NCBI GenBank assembly: GCA_037447605.1
Contig: CM074804.1
Location: 2,914,001-2,978,000 of the forward strand
Reading direction: 5' to 3'
Length of the DNA: 64,000 nucleotides
DNA from: Zygnema circumcarinatum SAG 698-1b
Taxonomy: Eukaryota; Plantae; Zygnematophyceae
Both the position numbers and the translations under genes were made by a program. Below the pieces are notes generated by a model. It worked only from the letters and a program-made list of their open reading frames with translations. It did not search any database and was not told where the DNA came from. Of this stretch, positions 47,065-61,074 are shown in pieces. The first letter of the stretch is position 1; each line of letters opens with the position of its first letter.

Positions 47065-49741
47065 TCAGGGTTCCTGCTTGAGCCAGGACTTGGCCTCAAG
47101 AAGGGGCAGCCAAGTCCTGCTTACAACATGAGGCGAAGGAGAGCTACCTGTCACCCACTCCCAGTCTCTTAGAGTCTACACCAGCCATAAGCTCCACAAG
47201 TGCACCAAACCAGCAAAACCAAAAAACCATAACGAGGTTTTGGAAAGGGGGTCACATAATGGAAGCTCAGAGCACATTCACTTGAAGGTAGAGTCTGGGG
47301 TTGCACGAACATACATGTGGAAGAAGGACCAGGAGAAGAGATGAAGAGAGGGCTTAACTTACTCTGCCAAACCCGCGTCCCTCGTTCTCGACAACGATCA
47401 GAGCAGACAGACTGCGGTAGCGAAGTAAAAGAATTGCAAACAATGTTATCGATAAGGCCTTGGTTTCCTAAACCAAAACCTAGCTAAAGAAGGCAACCAA
47501 GTCTTGTCGAGCCTCAAAGAGCAGAGGTAGGACGGTGATTGATTGAAACAGAGAAGAAGAAAGATCGCAACGACTCTAGGAGCAACATACTTTGAAGGAA
47601 GCCTCTAAAGTATCATTGAACACAGAGAAACTGATCGGCTCTGTATTCTAGACAGGCAGCAAAGTTTACTTCATCCTGTTTAAGCATCCCAAGCCTTAAT
47701 ACGAGCACGACTAACTTAGCTATGGGCTATAGTTTGTCTCCTCACCTCAGAGGCTTGACTTAATCGAATGGTGTCCCTCACAACAGCTGTCAAGTCTGCC
47801 TGCTCCTTGCCCGGCGAGAAGTACATTACCTGTTTAACCAAGGAATGACCTCCCATCCCTCATTCACTTCGTGCAGGGGAGCTGAGGTTATAAAATCCTT
47901 CAAATCAGTACTGAGTGTTCCTCAGGAAGTTCTATGAAAAAGGAGAAGATGCTGGATGCACGGAACAAGAATCCATGTACTAAAAACAAAACGACAAAGT
48001 TTTTTCTTGGAGTTGTTTGAACATTTTACCGAAGGGTCGTCATTGTCTGTCCCTGCGGACGTGAATTGGTCTTCTGTAGGTGTAAGCCAAACATAAAAGG
48101 GAGCATCCACCTGCCAAATTTGCAGAGTTCAGCATCTTCACCTAAGTTCATGACTGTGCAGCCACAAAACAAAACAGCCTTAATATTTGGAACAACCAGT
48201 AAAGCCACAACAGAGATGTGCTATCACGATTTTTGCATCCTCAGGACTATGTCAGTTTGAAACGACTGATTCCAACTGCCAATCGGTCTGCACTCATCAA
48301 AAGCTAAAATCTTCTGTATATTCCCTTCACCCTTAGTCCTTCGTCTAACGTCTCGCCCTTCTCTTCCCCTGGTCTTACCTCTTCATTTTTTGTGCTTTTT
48401 GATTTGCATTTGAACTACTTTAAAAGTGACATCTAGAATGGGGCTGAAGCATGCTTGAGCACAAATAGGCCATGCAGTGGAAGGAAACAAACCGCACTGC
48501 AGTACTCTTCCGTACAAGTGTTGCATGCCCTCAGAGTAGACGTTACGACACGTCCCCTGACATAGAACCCCTGACCAAGCTGGTCGTTCCCCCCAACATA
48601 ACAGTGACGTTCTCAAGCCTTTAACTTATCAAGATACTTTGCAACATAGGCAAATAACACCTAGAACTCATCAAGTCAACAAAAGAGTACGCGGAAGTGT
48701 CCAAATCTTGCCGCATTCTTGAAGTTGAAGAATATCCAAATGATTGCGACAGAGTGCTTTAAGGGATACATTGAAGTTACGCAAATGGTGCTTTGCACAT
48801 GCATATGGATTCCAGGACCGAGTAGGGAACCTCACAGGAACCTCACGCTTTCCATTTCAATCCAGAAATGAGATCAGATTGAGATTGTAGTCTTGAATAA
48901 GAGTTCTTTGACCACCCGATGACCTAAGCATTATTACTACGCTTTCTACATGCAAGTTTAGACGGCAAACAAGACACATGGTGTTTAGATGAGCAAAAAG
49001 GTGCGTGCGTGCATGATTGAGAAGTTCGAGGAATTAATCTTCGAGGGACTTGCTGATGCAATCAGTGAACTGCATAAATGCAATGCCATTAACCTTGAAA
49101 ATCTGCTTCTCATCGTTTTAGTCCAGAGATGCAAATCACCTTTTGGACATCCATATTCACCACTACAAGGTCTTTTCGTGGACGGCCGTCTCCAGAAAAG
49201 CCTCCCAGTGCCAACTCAGGCAAATTTAGGTCTGTCAAATTTGTTGTCTGCTCAGAATCCCAAGCGTCAGCCCAGCTGCTATCACTCCGTTTCACCGTGA
49301 TCAAATTCTTAGACCACTTCCTCTCTTCCAGTCTTTTCTGCTTCTTCCTGGCTCCACGAGCTCCTTTCGATGTATCAATGTCTGACTGCTGAACACCCAA
49401 CCACGCTTATATCATGTGAACTGTGTTTTCAGCCCCACATTTCTGTCAGCTCAAATAAGTTATGGGCAAATAGACATCAACAGCAGCATCTAGGGCTCAA
49501 GCTATGAATTGACTCAGTTTCCTTCTGACAACTGTGAATATAGAGGAAATTATCAAATGTTATTAACACACACCCCTTTTGGCTCCTTTGGAGCACTTTT
49601 TCGAGCACTTGCAACTATTCTTGGCCCGGCATAACTCATGCGGTACGCCTGCCTGTTGAGGTCGAACGCACATGGAGAGTTATTAAGGTCTTGCAAAGAT
49701 ATAATTGAGCTGAATGAGAGAAATTGGTATCGAGCTGCCAT
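47065..49741 (-). CDS. DUF177B: DUF177/YceD homolog 2 (large rRNA subunit accumulation protein family), chloroplast-type; 7 exons, about 266 aa
   Basis: Exons 49741-49574, 49388-49140, 48579-48493, 48110-48030, 47829-47746, 47411-47363 and 47147-47065; all phase-consistent. GRVVTSTLRACNTCTEEYC, FYVWL...DDPS, ADLTAVVRDTIRL, CSDRC and RTWLPLL match the recalled plant DUF177B pattern. Confidence 0.85.
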
Positions 49742-50235
49742 CAAAATGCTTCTGCGTACTATCTACTGTAGTTTACAGATTTTGAAAAAATCTCGACAGG
49801 AGATTTGTGTTAAGGCCAGCTCTCTGTCAAGATTATACCAACAAACTAGTGCACTGCATTCGTTAATCAAGCAGGAGCGTCAGTAAAAACCATCCATTGA
49901 TTATTCATTCAAATCCCTGCACTTCACTGTGCAGCGGCATTGTATTCAGGATTTTTCCATTCATACTCCCACCATCTCCCAGATTTTGGAAGTGCAAACT
50001 TTGACGTCACAAGAATGTTAGAATGACGTAGCTATAGTGGCCGTCCGGTGTTTGAGATGACGTCAGCTTGAAGCCCTCTTCAGAGCGGTACCGTATTTTG
50101 AGGAAGGGAGTAGCGGCTGACGTGAGATGTGAATGTTTTTTTTTTTTTCTTGTAAAAGCACAGAGGCCGAGGGCTGCTCCGGCTCAGACAGTATCAAAGC
50201 CTGGTATTCTGTTTTTTATTGCAGAGCATCTCCGG

Positions 50236-50861
50236 ATGGCGAACCAGGGAGCCAAAAAGCGAAAGGAGGAAAATGAAAAGCATTTGAAAATGTTGCAAAT
50301 GATCATCGCCGGAGCAAATGTAGGTCCATTCTAGTTCTGGATGCTGCTCTTACTTTTCATGCTCAGAAATCGAGGTATCACTTGTATTCTCCATCCACAT
50401 GTGCCCTTTTTCCTGCAATTTCTTGCTGCAACTTCTTACCTCGTCAATGAATAATTTTTTGCACGATCCTTCACTCAAGTCTTGTTGCAGAACCTTGACT
50501 TTGATTCCGCTGAGTTTTCGGAAAGTGCCGCTCTATCATTCAGGTTGCTTTTGTGCTTGTCCGGCTGTCGCTTCGCTATACCTCCTTTACATGGCGCCAT
50601 TGGCTGAGTCTTGTTTTCACAACCACAGTATACAAGACACTGTATGATCAGCTCAAGCGAATGGCTCAGCCGGCGTATGACGGGAATGGAGAGCTTTTAG
50701 ATGGAGGTTACGACTTAAAGATGGGCGGTCTGTGTGGGTGATTATCGCCCTTTTTTGTGCGTTCACCTTCGTGAAACCTAGAGAAGCCATACTTGAAGTT
50801 GAATTTGATGTAAAGAGCATCCATAATAACAACGCCACTTCATTTCCCTCTTAACCAGAGA

Positions 50862-50894
<33 letters not shown>

Positions 50895-51714
50895 GGGAGA
50901 GCAGAGTCTGCCTCTCATCGCAGTCGTTTCGAGTCCTGTGTTGACTTGAGACGACATCTTTTTCTGTATAAGTTGCTCGCAGAGTGTTTTGGGTCAAAAA
51001 GGACGAACTGAACTCGTTCGGTGGGTCGTGCTCGCAGGTATATGCATGATATCATCTACGTGACGGCTTTTGTTCAATCGGCATCAGTAATTTCAGATTA
51101 TTTTTGGTGGCTATATCTTGTGGTAAGCTTTCACACTTTATACGAACTGCAAAGTACTGCGGAGCAAGAGGAAGGTTCTTACTCTTATGATCTGCTGCAG
51201 GCTGGGGATTTCCACCTCAATTTCTGGAAAATTATTGTCTTGAATGTGTCTCTCGAATTTTTTTTTTTCTTCGTGATCAAACCCACGTATATGGCATTAT
51301 GTGCAGGTCCCTGGCTTTGCCTTGTATAAACTCTGGGAGCTTGTCCTGTATCCTTACTTCTTCCAGTCCTCACCTCCAGTAAGTTTCGAGACGTTGTAAC
51401 CCACTGTATGGTTGGATAGTGCTATCTCTTTCCGACATCTCTGCAAGTCTGGAAGGGTAGGACCATCGACTCGACTGAGTCCCCTTTGTTTCGGTTTAAC
51501 TTGACAAGTTATTTTCATTTTTCTGGTTATCGTCGCTGATTCCAGCAGTGTAAGGAAAGTTGGCCTCTTGTTCATCGTTTCAGATACTTTTCTTTTCTTT
51601 TCTTTTCTTTTGTGCAAGCAGGAGGAACAAGAAGATGAGAGGACGAGGAAAAGGCGAGAGAAGTCGGAACGGAAAGCAGCCCGGCCTCGGCTTTTGAGGG
51701 GTAGAGCACGATGA
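50236..51714 (+). CDS. TMEM208: Transmembrane protein 208 / SND2 (DUF788); 5 exons
   Basis: Exons about 50236-50319, 50544-50737, 51038-51122, 51307-51378 and 51622-51714. MANQGAKKRKEEN, MAQPAYDGNGELLDGGYDL, YMHDIIYVT, WWLYLVVPGFALYKLW, basic C-terminal tail. Confidence 0.92.
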
Positions 51715-53258
51715 CCATTGTACGAATAGTGAAGCAGGGTTCGTGGAGCAAACGACCACGTTTATGCGACTGCATACAGGTGGAGATGTGACTGCATGGA
51801 TCCCTGGCGCTTCACACAAGATTTGAGAACTGTGTCTATTTAGGTTCCGTCACAGAATTCCGTGGTTCCGTTGTGAGCACGCGCTTAGCTCAGTCATTTC
51901 TCTCAGTTTCAGTGTCGAAGTGGTAGTGAGACCATGTTTTTTAGGGAGAGGAAGGACAGCATCGATTTTGGAGGAGCTCGTGATTTGGGAAAGGAAAGAA
52001 GGGCTGTTATGTTTTATAAACTGATTTTAATTCCCTCCCTCCTTTGGCACACAGGGTTGTTGACATGCTTTCTTTTGTGATGGGGGCGAAGATTAGGGTT
52101 GGGACTGGACCTTTCTTTAGGTGCACCTTTGTTGTTCTGCCACCCCTCACCTTTGGAGCTTGCGGAATCCTGAAGCATTTCTAAGAGTATAGCGCTGCAT
52201 GGTGATAGGCCCATTTCCAGCCTGGAAAAACTGCTGGTAACCCAGAAGACGAGGATCGTTTTCTCAAGCTTCCTTGGTATGCACTTCCCAGATCTTAGCA
52301 GTGGAACATGCGTGCCATGTGTTGCACAACTTCTCATGCTACGGTACTAGTAAAATCAGCCATGGTATCCATGTTACTTTCTTGAACTTAGCGAACATTA
52401 CGGAATTTGCTGTTCGCTCGCTCGTCCTTTCTCTCTCCCTCTAGTGCTAGCAGAGCTACCTTGAAATGTATGTTTTAGAGCGAAAGGAATCAAGGAAAAG
52501 GGAATGTTACACGTCGTTCGGACAACCCTTAAATGGGGCGCTTCTTCAGAGTGTAGGCCCAAAGCTACGCCTCTGTATGGGTCGGGACGACTACTGGGAG
52601 TCAGTTGGCTGCAGCGGACCACACAGACGTCCTTCATCAGTTTGAACTCGAACACGTGGAGCGGAAGCAGACTGCGTGTTGGACTTTTTATTTGACTACG
52701 CAGCTTCCTTCCGTCCTTCCTTCCTTCCCTTCCTGCTCTAGAGGAGAGAATTTGCATTGATCGAGGAGTTCGACTCGCACATGGGCATGACCAATCTGAG
52801 AAAACCACGCAGGAACAAGAAGAAAAAATAGAAATAAGGATTAGGAAAAGTTTAAACTCTCCTAAATTTTTAGAGTTTGCCCTCTCCTTTCTGGGGCCGT
52901 TGACCATGTCTCCAACGCTCCGCTGAAAAAAAAAAACATAATAATAATAATTTTACCCCATTATTACCCCATTTTTTAGTGCGAATGTGGTCGCGAAGCT
53001 CGCAGGTTTTCAGTTGCAATCTGGAAACCGGGCGAGCCGGGGCTGCTAACGATCGAATTACGTCAGCAAATGTAGTACTTTTTTGGCCACATGGAAAAAA
53101 CGGCCCTGACGTCGGCTGACGACTGGCTTACGGAATTGGTGACGTGAAACAACGGAAATCTACGGAACCGCCTGCATCCGTTTCGCACCGTTTCCGTACG
53201 TTTGGGTTTTTTAGAGTTTCGGGTTTTATAGTTTGGAATTTTACGGTTTGCGCGTTGT

Positions 53259-53344
53259 GGGTTTAGGGTTTAGGCTTTTAGGGAGGTTTAAGGTTTTAGG
53301 GGTTTTAAGGTTAGGGGTTTTAAGGTTTAGGGTTTCAGGGTTTA
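53259..53344. repeat. Degenerate interstitial telomere-like (TTTAGGG) / telo-box cluster about 200 bp upstream of CGI121
   Basis: GGGTTTAGGGTTTAGGCTTTTAGGGAGGTTTAAGG...TTTAGGGTTTCAGGGTTTA. Confidence 0.7.
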
Positions 53345-53543
53345 CGCAAGCAGGGAGGAAACCACGAGCGAACGGTTCTACTGTCAGTGACCGCAGACAC
53401 TTGCGGCATTTCAGCATTAAATGGAATTTGCTATTTCGAATCTCTTATCAATTTGAAGGAAAATGAATTACAATTCAGAAAAATTTACAGTTTGAAAACT
53501 GAAAACTTCGAAAAATAGAAAGTGGTTTGCGATAATTTTAAGG

Positions 53544-55930
53544 ATGGCCGCGTTCACATTTGAAGCGTATCCGGGGCGCTCGCTGACCCTGCTGCTTTTC
53601 GAGGGCGTTGTGAACTCCGCGTGTGTCTCTCTCTCTCTCTCACTCTCTCTCTCTTTTTCTCTCTCTCTCTCTCTCTCCCTTCCTCTCTCTCTCCCTGTCT
53701 CTCGCTCGCTTTTCTTCTCTCTCCACCTCTCTCTCCCACGCCCCCTCTCTTTCTGTACTTTTTTCGGGAAATAATCGCTGCCTCAGTCTGTCTTTGAATA
53801 TGATAAAATTTTCATTTAAGTTGTAAATTTACGGCTTGCATTGGAAAAAACCATCAGACAAGGATAAGTGTTCGAAAAGAAAACAAATAATCTTATCCGT
53901 CTGAATTGTTTCCTAGGGAACAAGTTTTCACCCCTTTACGTGTCTTAAATTTGTCCAAAGAAATTCAATGATGAGTCTGCAAACTTCTCATTCCTAAAGT
54001 CATATCCTGAAACTAAAACATTGAAACTCTTAACGTTCCTTTAATCCCCTACTCGCGGAGCTCCAAAGCCCTAAACCCAAAACCTCGAGTTTCTGAACCC
54101 TTCGACCCCACTTGCCTAATACCCGAAAGCCCTTTACTTTTTTATCTCTGAACACAGAAACGGAGAGAGAGAGGGCAAGAGAAGAAGAGGAAGAGAGAAA
54201 GACAAAGTTCCTGTTTTCTTCCCTCCAAAACTCATTATTTTCTTTCACTTTCTTCTGACGTACCCTGAAGCCTTCTTCGAAACCCTAACAGCTTTGGAAC
54301 TATTTTTACTCCTCCCTCTCCCGTCCTCCGCTCTCTCAAATTTTGTCCCTGAATGACCGAAAATCTCTGGGGCTTAGACCATGGATCCGAGAATCCGACA
54401 TCTGTAAAGATTCCGCAACCCTGACACTCGTACATTCTAACCCTTGAACCCTGATTTCACGCAATTTTGCATTGAATGGCGTGGGGGAGGCAGAGAGCTG
54501 CTGAAGAAACTTCAAGACGCTTCATTGGAACCGGAATTGGCGTTTATGAATGCGGCCTTGGTACTTCCTCCACATTTCTCTCTCCCTATCTCTCGCTTTC
54601 TTTCTCCCTCACTCGTCCTTGTTTTCCCCTCTCTCTCTTCTTATTTCATCACTCTCTCTCTCTTCCTCTCTCTCGCCCTCTCCCTCCTCTCTCCCCCTCG
54701 CTTGGATCTCATCCGCCCCCCTCTCCCTCCCCCCTCCCCCTCCCACCTCTCTTCCGCCCTCTCTCTCTCCCCCTCCCTCTCTTCCCCCCACCCCCACCCC
54801 CCCTACTCCCCACACTCGAGGCCCTAACAGATGAGGATCTTCTCCCTCGCGTTGAGAATTTACAGAAATGAAGTTAGGGCTTGGGTTTCACACTTCAGGG
54901 TTCAGGGTTTAGGGTATCGATGTCCTGCGTGAGGGCGTGGGCCGTAGGGCTATGCTTTTCAACCTGATTCCTCCTTTTTTCCTTGGGGCAGATTGTGAGT
55001 CCGTTTCCCCTCCTCGCTGCGGCTTACAAAGCTTTACTCTCCCACTCAAGGGGAGCCCTCAAGACGAGGACGCTTCATTCCGAGCTCGTTTACAATTACT
55101 CGTCGTCAAAACATGTGCGAACAAACAAACAACCGAACATCACCAATGCAATAGGTTACCTGTGTGAATGTTATTGTGATTTCCAGTGGTTTCTCTGTAG
55201 AGAGAGAGAGGAGGGCGAAGAGGGGGGAAGAGAGAGAGGCGGGGGGGGAGGGAGAGAACGGGGTCAATGGTGGGTACAAACTTGTCATTATTTTTTTGAC
55301 AGATTTCGGAGTCCCTAAAGCGATGGGGAATCTCTGATGACACTTCGTACGTTTTGGTGGCACGGTTCGATGCCACGTCTGAGGACGTAAGTCGAACATT
55401 GATTGTATAATTAGACATACGTAGTAACTATAAAATATTAAATGTGTGCATCAAGTACAAAATCGTAAAGTGTGTCTGTAAATAAAGTTCAAAAAAGAAA
55501 AAAATGGAACCTAGAACTATTATCCGATTGAGTTTGAAGTTTTTCTTGCGGTTTTTGGTCATTTTTTCAGTTTTCTGTCTCACCATCGCTGTGAATTTCG
55601 GGGCGTTGGCAGCTGGCGAAGATTCGCAGCCTGGTGAAGGGAAGAGAAGTGGAGTTGTCTGAGATTGCGCTGCGAGCTGACACGGATTTGATTCAGAAGG
55701 TGGGCCACACACAGACGGGAGTTAGAGATAGAGGGGGACGGGACGGAAAGCGAGAGAGACACAGAGAGGGGGAGAGAGACAGAGGGGGTGGTCATTGTGT
55801 TTTGCTTTTCCTCATCGACCGTCCTTGGGGTGGTGGGGCACAGAGCTACAAGATTGGAGCACTGGAGTTGGATGTCTCCTCGCTTGAGAGTGCCATCGTC
55901 TCTCGAATCGCCTGCAGAGATTCCATGTGA
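53544..55930 (+). CDS. CGI121: KEOPS/EKC complex subunit CGI121/TPRKB; 6 exons
   Basis: Spliced peptide MAAFTFEAYPGRSLTLLLFEGVVNSA-ELLKKLQDASLEPELAFMNAAL-IVSPFPLLAAAYKALLSHSRGALKTRTLHSELVYNYSSSKH-ISESLKRWGISDDTSYVLVARF...-IQK-SYKIGALELDVSSLESAIVSRIACRDSM. The TRTLHSELVYN signature is present. Confidence 0.93.
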
Positions 55931-56281
55931 AGTACCAGAAACAGACTAGTGTAAAAACGCCAGTAAATACCATAAAATCTTCGAGTATTAGAGGGTGCTG
56001 AAAACCTGAGGGGTACCCTGAGCCAGCTTAGCGCTGTAGACAAGGAAGCGAGTGATCTCAGACCTGGGGAGAATTTTGTCTCTTTTCTGGAACTATGTTG
56101 CCGCACTATTCTGGTTTTACCAAAATAAAGAAAGAGCTTGTGGAGGCTCTTGTTGGAGTGTCCATTCACAGCGCAGTGAGGAGGCGCCGGCTAACAGTTG
56201 CTGTTTGGCTGCTGTCTGTCTAGTGACTTGACTTCTCAACAATTTTCATGCTGCCTTCCGGATCCCACCGACGGAAGATGC

Positions 56282-56329
56282 ATTTCCATGTCATAGTTAT
56301 TTCCATGTCATAGTTATTTCCATGTCATA
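56282..56329. repeat. 17-bp tandem repeat ATTTCCATGTCATAGTT, about 2.8 copies
   Basis: Read directly; lies between convergent CGI121 and RER4. Confidence 0.85.
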
Positions 56330-56917
56330 TAGCTAAGACATCCAGTAAAGAGGTCCAAGTCTTACGGCGTAGTTGCAAAGAGCACCTCTTCGTTTACAGC
56401 ATTCCTAAATCTATGCCATCAACCTTGAACATAAAATCCGTCCTTACTTCCGTTTTACATAAAATTGCCCCACCTTCGGCAAGGAGCAAATAATAGTGCA
56501 AAGCGCGCAGCAAGACGAGTGTGACGAATTGTGCTTTCTAAAGGGACATAGGAACCGGCTAAGTTTCTAAGCTGTACGAGTCGACCAGTATGAACAGAAC
56601 AAGCCACTGTTGGCTTTGGCTCCTCCCTCCCCAACCCCCCCCCCCCCTCTCTCTCTCTCTCTCTCCCTCTCTCCTCTTTCTCTCTCTCTCACTCTCTCGA
56701 TCTCCCTCTCTCTACATCTAGCTCTCTCTCTCTCTTTCTTTTTATCCTCTACCTCCATTTACCTCCCTATTCCATTTTCCTTAGGATTTTCGTTTCTTCT
56801 TGTCATTCGTTTCCAATTCTTTCTTTTCTCTCCCTCTCACAGAACGCCTTCCTCTGCCAGAGAGAAACCCATTATCTTCCGCTTCCTCTCTGATATGTGG
56901 TGAGGTCGAATTCCCGG

Positions 56918-59900
56918 TCACTGAACTCCAATCCATCGGGCGTAATCCACCCACCTGGTTATTCACCACCCAGCCATAACAAAATTCAGCACGAGTGCCA
57001 AGATACAATATTTAATCTAAGTGAGAAAAAAGAAAGAGAAAGTTAAGTCAAAGTACACGTTTCATCGTATACCCAATGCTTAAAAAACTGTTCACTTTAT
57101 TAAAAAAAAAAAAGGTGAGATGGGAGGAGACTTACATGAGAGACCCTAAAAAGGTGTTGCCGGTGCGGGCTATGAAGGAGAGCACAGACAGCGCAAGCTT
57201 CTTGTCGTGAAGCATAGGCTCAAGCAGGCGCTGCTCTACCACTCCTGCCAACACTTGATACCTACATTCCCCACAAAACATGGTTTCATGAAACATGGGT
57301 TTACCTTCTGCTCGGGCCCTCGCTCCCGTCATTTCCTTGTGTGTGTTTCATTGTGTTGTCCTACATTGTTGTATACGATTATTTTCATTTCATCGCTCCT
57401 AATGAGGCCCTTGCAGGCGCGACAAGCTTGTAGAGTCTGAGGGCTAAGTCATGGCAGGAATTCCTCACCTCAGATTACTGGAGACTGCCATGTACACGCC
57501 GTAGGCCACACTCGTTGCAAGAATTGGAACCTCCGTCTCCTCCGCAACCTCTACAGGCTTCTCTTTGCTTCCAACCTTGCGAATCGCAGAGAGACCGTTG
57601 GTGGCTACGGTGCCAAACTGCACATAGACAGGGCGGGCAAAACAGGTCATGCGGATCTAAGGCTGGGGTCCACAAAGAGCAAAGACTCAGATTACACGAA
57701 AACCTGCTCGCCTTTCCCAGCAAAACATCCACTAGTTTCAACTCGTGCTCATCCAAAAGAGATACAGTGACTTATAGCTCTAGCCCTTCTCAGCTAACGC
57801 TTGGTTTTTCTGCTGAGCTGCCTACTGGGGGGTCCTGACTAAAACTTGGAGGATAAACATAAAAAAAGGGTGAACAGCATGTTTGCACTTTTCGTAATGC
57901 CATTGTGTATGCCATCCCTTCACAGTGAGCAATGAGCAATCCATCCACACAAATGTTTCCTAGAGCCTTCCAAACATAGCCGTTCACGGTACACCAGTCA
58001 TGAATTCTCAGTCACGAGTTGAGTTCTGTTACTCACCAATGATGCCGTTGTACCAACTGCCAAAAGCTTCGAGCCGTTCCTCTGCACAAATCAAACAAAT
58101 ACGAGGAATTAAATTTATGGACGGCTATTACAACAAAAAAAAAACCACAGTTTTCCGGATGAATGTGCTGTATCTAAAAACATAGCTGCATTCATTTCCA
58201 GGAAAACGGAACAGACGTAACAGCAGCATAGGCTCGGCTGTCTTTCGAAGTTAGCTGCACTTCAAGATGAAACAGCCTCAGGGTAAACAGGGCTTGCGCA
58301 ATCTTTAGCAAGACACCAAGAAGCACATCTAAATATAACTTCAGCATTATTAAAAAAGTTACCATCCTTCCTAAACCCGTATACGTTTAACCAATAGGCT
58401 TGGCCATGACGCCCAGACAAAAGCTGGCAGAGAGAGACGCACCACGATAGCTGCAAGGCGTTGCAGAAGGGTATAGCTTGTTCCTCGCAGCGCAACCTGT
58501 AACGAAGTAGTAAAGCAAAAGACAAATTAACCATGGGAATAGCATAGAAAAACACAAAATGGATAAAAAAGAACGTCTTAAAAAAACTTAAAAACACAAA
58601 AAATGCCAGGAAAGCGTTCGTTTTTTGGTGAACCAAAAACCTGGAGAGAAAATGCTAAACAGTATATTAATTAGCAAATGCAAGGAGGAAAAGGAGAAAA
58701 GCTGCGGAAAGCGAGAAAAGAAGGCAGTCCCACAAACAGTGTGCATTTGAAGAGCCTAAAGTGTACGTATACAGGTACCTGGAAGGCGTTATCTGGGCAA
58801 TTATAAAAGAACCGGGTAAGCGCGCTAGCAGATTTCGTCAGTGAAGGCCGCAAGGAGACTGTCGGTGCAGGTAACCAAACAAGCATGAAGTCCGCAATCA
58901 CGGCCATAATCTGCGCCACAAAAAGCCAGCTCCACACAACACACCACTACGTCAAAAATATAGTTTCAGCCCAAATTTGTTAGGACCAGGTTTGATCGCT
59001 TCAAACGAGAAAATGCACTGCAAAAGTTCATTGAACTACAAAAAACCTTTGCCAGGATTTATCGTGATCTCTCACTCATTACCCGTTTAACTTCTGCATA
59101 TCCATCTCGGGTGCAGCTCCAAACATTGTATGCTTCAAAAAAAAAAAGGGCGTAAAGCAGTCTCTGACTTTAGATTGCAAATAAATTACACAGCGGAAGG
59201 AAATTGTAAGCAGGTTATTGTCTGTTCTCCAGCACTTACAACGTCAGCAATAACAAAGTCGAACTCCTTCCAAAATTTCTCCCGACGGCGCTCAATTTCA
59301 GCAGCTGTCTGTATAGCCCAGAGAAGAGAGAAAGAGCTCAAAAATGGCAAGCAATGCAATGCTTGCCTGCTACGCTCAGGTACCTTCCATATTGTTCTTC
59401 GAATGTTTACCAGCCACAAAGAAATTTTCAACATTTATCTTGCCAGTTCCTTCAAATAAACGTGGACATTGTTTCTACAAGTTAAGCTCCCATGTGGCGA
59501 TTGACTTGGACTTATCAATTGGACAGAAGCTGTCATACTTAAACTTAGCAGGTGACAAGTTAGACCTAGCAAGCATGACGGTTCCCATAGTATTCGTTAA
59601 GGAGAAAAGCCGCTAAATTGCGCAGAAAAGAGCGCAATCAGATCCATAAGTTACCTTAGTAAAGACACCAACACCACACTCTATTGCCACTTTGGTGAGA
59701 AATAAATCGTCTGCCAATAAGCGCTCCTTGAATCCGGCAAACTTCATTAGCCAACTGACAAAAAATGTGTTTTCAAGCTCAGCAAACCGCTGCACAATTT
59801 TGGCAGGCAATTTTCCGTCTGAAATTGCCTGCGCTATATCGCTGGGTAAACTATCCAAACTCCTCTTCAAAACAGCCAGCACTGCCAAGGCTTCAGCTTT

Positions 59901-60359
59901 ATTCTTTGCAGCATCTCCATCTGCCTCTCCATCTCCTCCTCCGCCGCCCCCTCCCTCGCCTCCCTTGCTTCCACCAATATTGCCGTCCCCTCCACCAGTA
60001 GCAAATTCCTCAGTAGACGCAATACTGCTTGCAAAATCACTGCTACTCTTACAGATAACTTCGGAAGAATACCTGCACTTGGCTTCAGGCCAAACAGATG
60101 CAGAACGTCTTGACAACTGTCCGGAACGCACGGAAATTCTCTTTGAACGGCCATCCTGAAATAGTGCAAGCGCAATATCTCTGCGTGAACTTTCTGAGAC
60201 AGAACATTTTCCCTTAAGACGCAGATGCACAGTAAACTTGCTGGCGTTTCCAACGGAAGCTGAGCCTGCAGACTCCCTCGAAAGACTCGAGCAAACTGCA
60301 AGAGTCCTGCTTCCGTGGGTGGATCCTGCGACTAAAGAAGCTGCCGCCATGGCCGCCAT
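56918..60359 (-). CDS. RER4: RETICULATA-RELATED 4-like chloroplast envelope protein (DUF3411); about 8 exons
   Basis: Transit peptide and Gly-rich tract, ERLLADDLFLTKVAIECGVGVFTK-TAAEIERRREKF, IADFMLVWLPAPTVSL, CPDNAFQ, YGVYMAVSSNLR-YQVLAG, RTGNTFLGSL-WVDYARWIGVQ stop at 56918. Confidence 0.93.
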
Positions 60360-60666
60360 GGCGACTTGCAATTCTAGACTCACGGAAGCCGGCTCGAGTC
60401 TTTCAAGTGCTTCCTTCCTTTCCTGCAGGACTCAGGCCAGGACCTGCAGGGGGAGGCAGGCGCCCATGGCTGCGGTTCCAGCCAAAGGGAGGGCCCCCTG
60501 CTGCAGCCCAGCGCATAGTACGGACACAATCGTACGGCATTTTCGTACATGTACCTTCCAGTAGTTCGTACAATTATAGTACAACTTTGGCAACTGATAT
60601 TGTACGAATTTCCAGGCGCATGTCAGGCGAGTCCTTGACTCTAGCGTGTACGGTACCACGTGACAT

Positions 60667-60678
60667 TGCCACGTGGCA
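60667..60678. promoter_or_regulatory. 12-bp palindromic G-box TGCCACGTGGCA in the divergent RER4 / reductase promoter
   Basis: Exact palindrome; TATA-like TTATAAAG at about 61030 upstream of the reductase ATG. Confidence 0.4.
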
Positions 60679-61074
60679 GGCAACGACAGGGCGAGCAGAC
60701 TGTACGGAATAGTACAGCAGGCTGTATAGCTTTGTGGACCAGTTCAGTTCAAGCGGCAGGACCGTCAGGTTTGGGCAGAATGGTGACGTCATTTAACCGA
60801 AATGTCATGTCATATATATGTTAGTAGACATGCTTCTTACGTCACTATATTGCATTCTGGTAACTTTACCTATGAAATTTCGTCAGCTAAAACGTAATGA
60901 CGCACAAGCGACACGTATGAGCAGGAATTTCTGTCATAATGACGTCAATGTGACGTAAATGCCATCCGAAGTTTCCTTCCCCGAACTCAGTCAGATCCTT
61001 CCGCGAAACCTGTTTTGTTCCCAGCTCCTTATAAAGCACGCAATGGTCGGTGGCAGGGGCGAGGAAGGGCAGCC

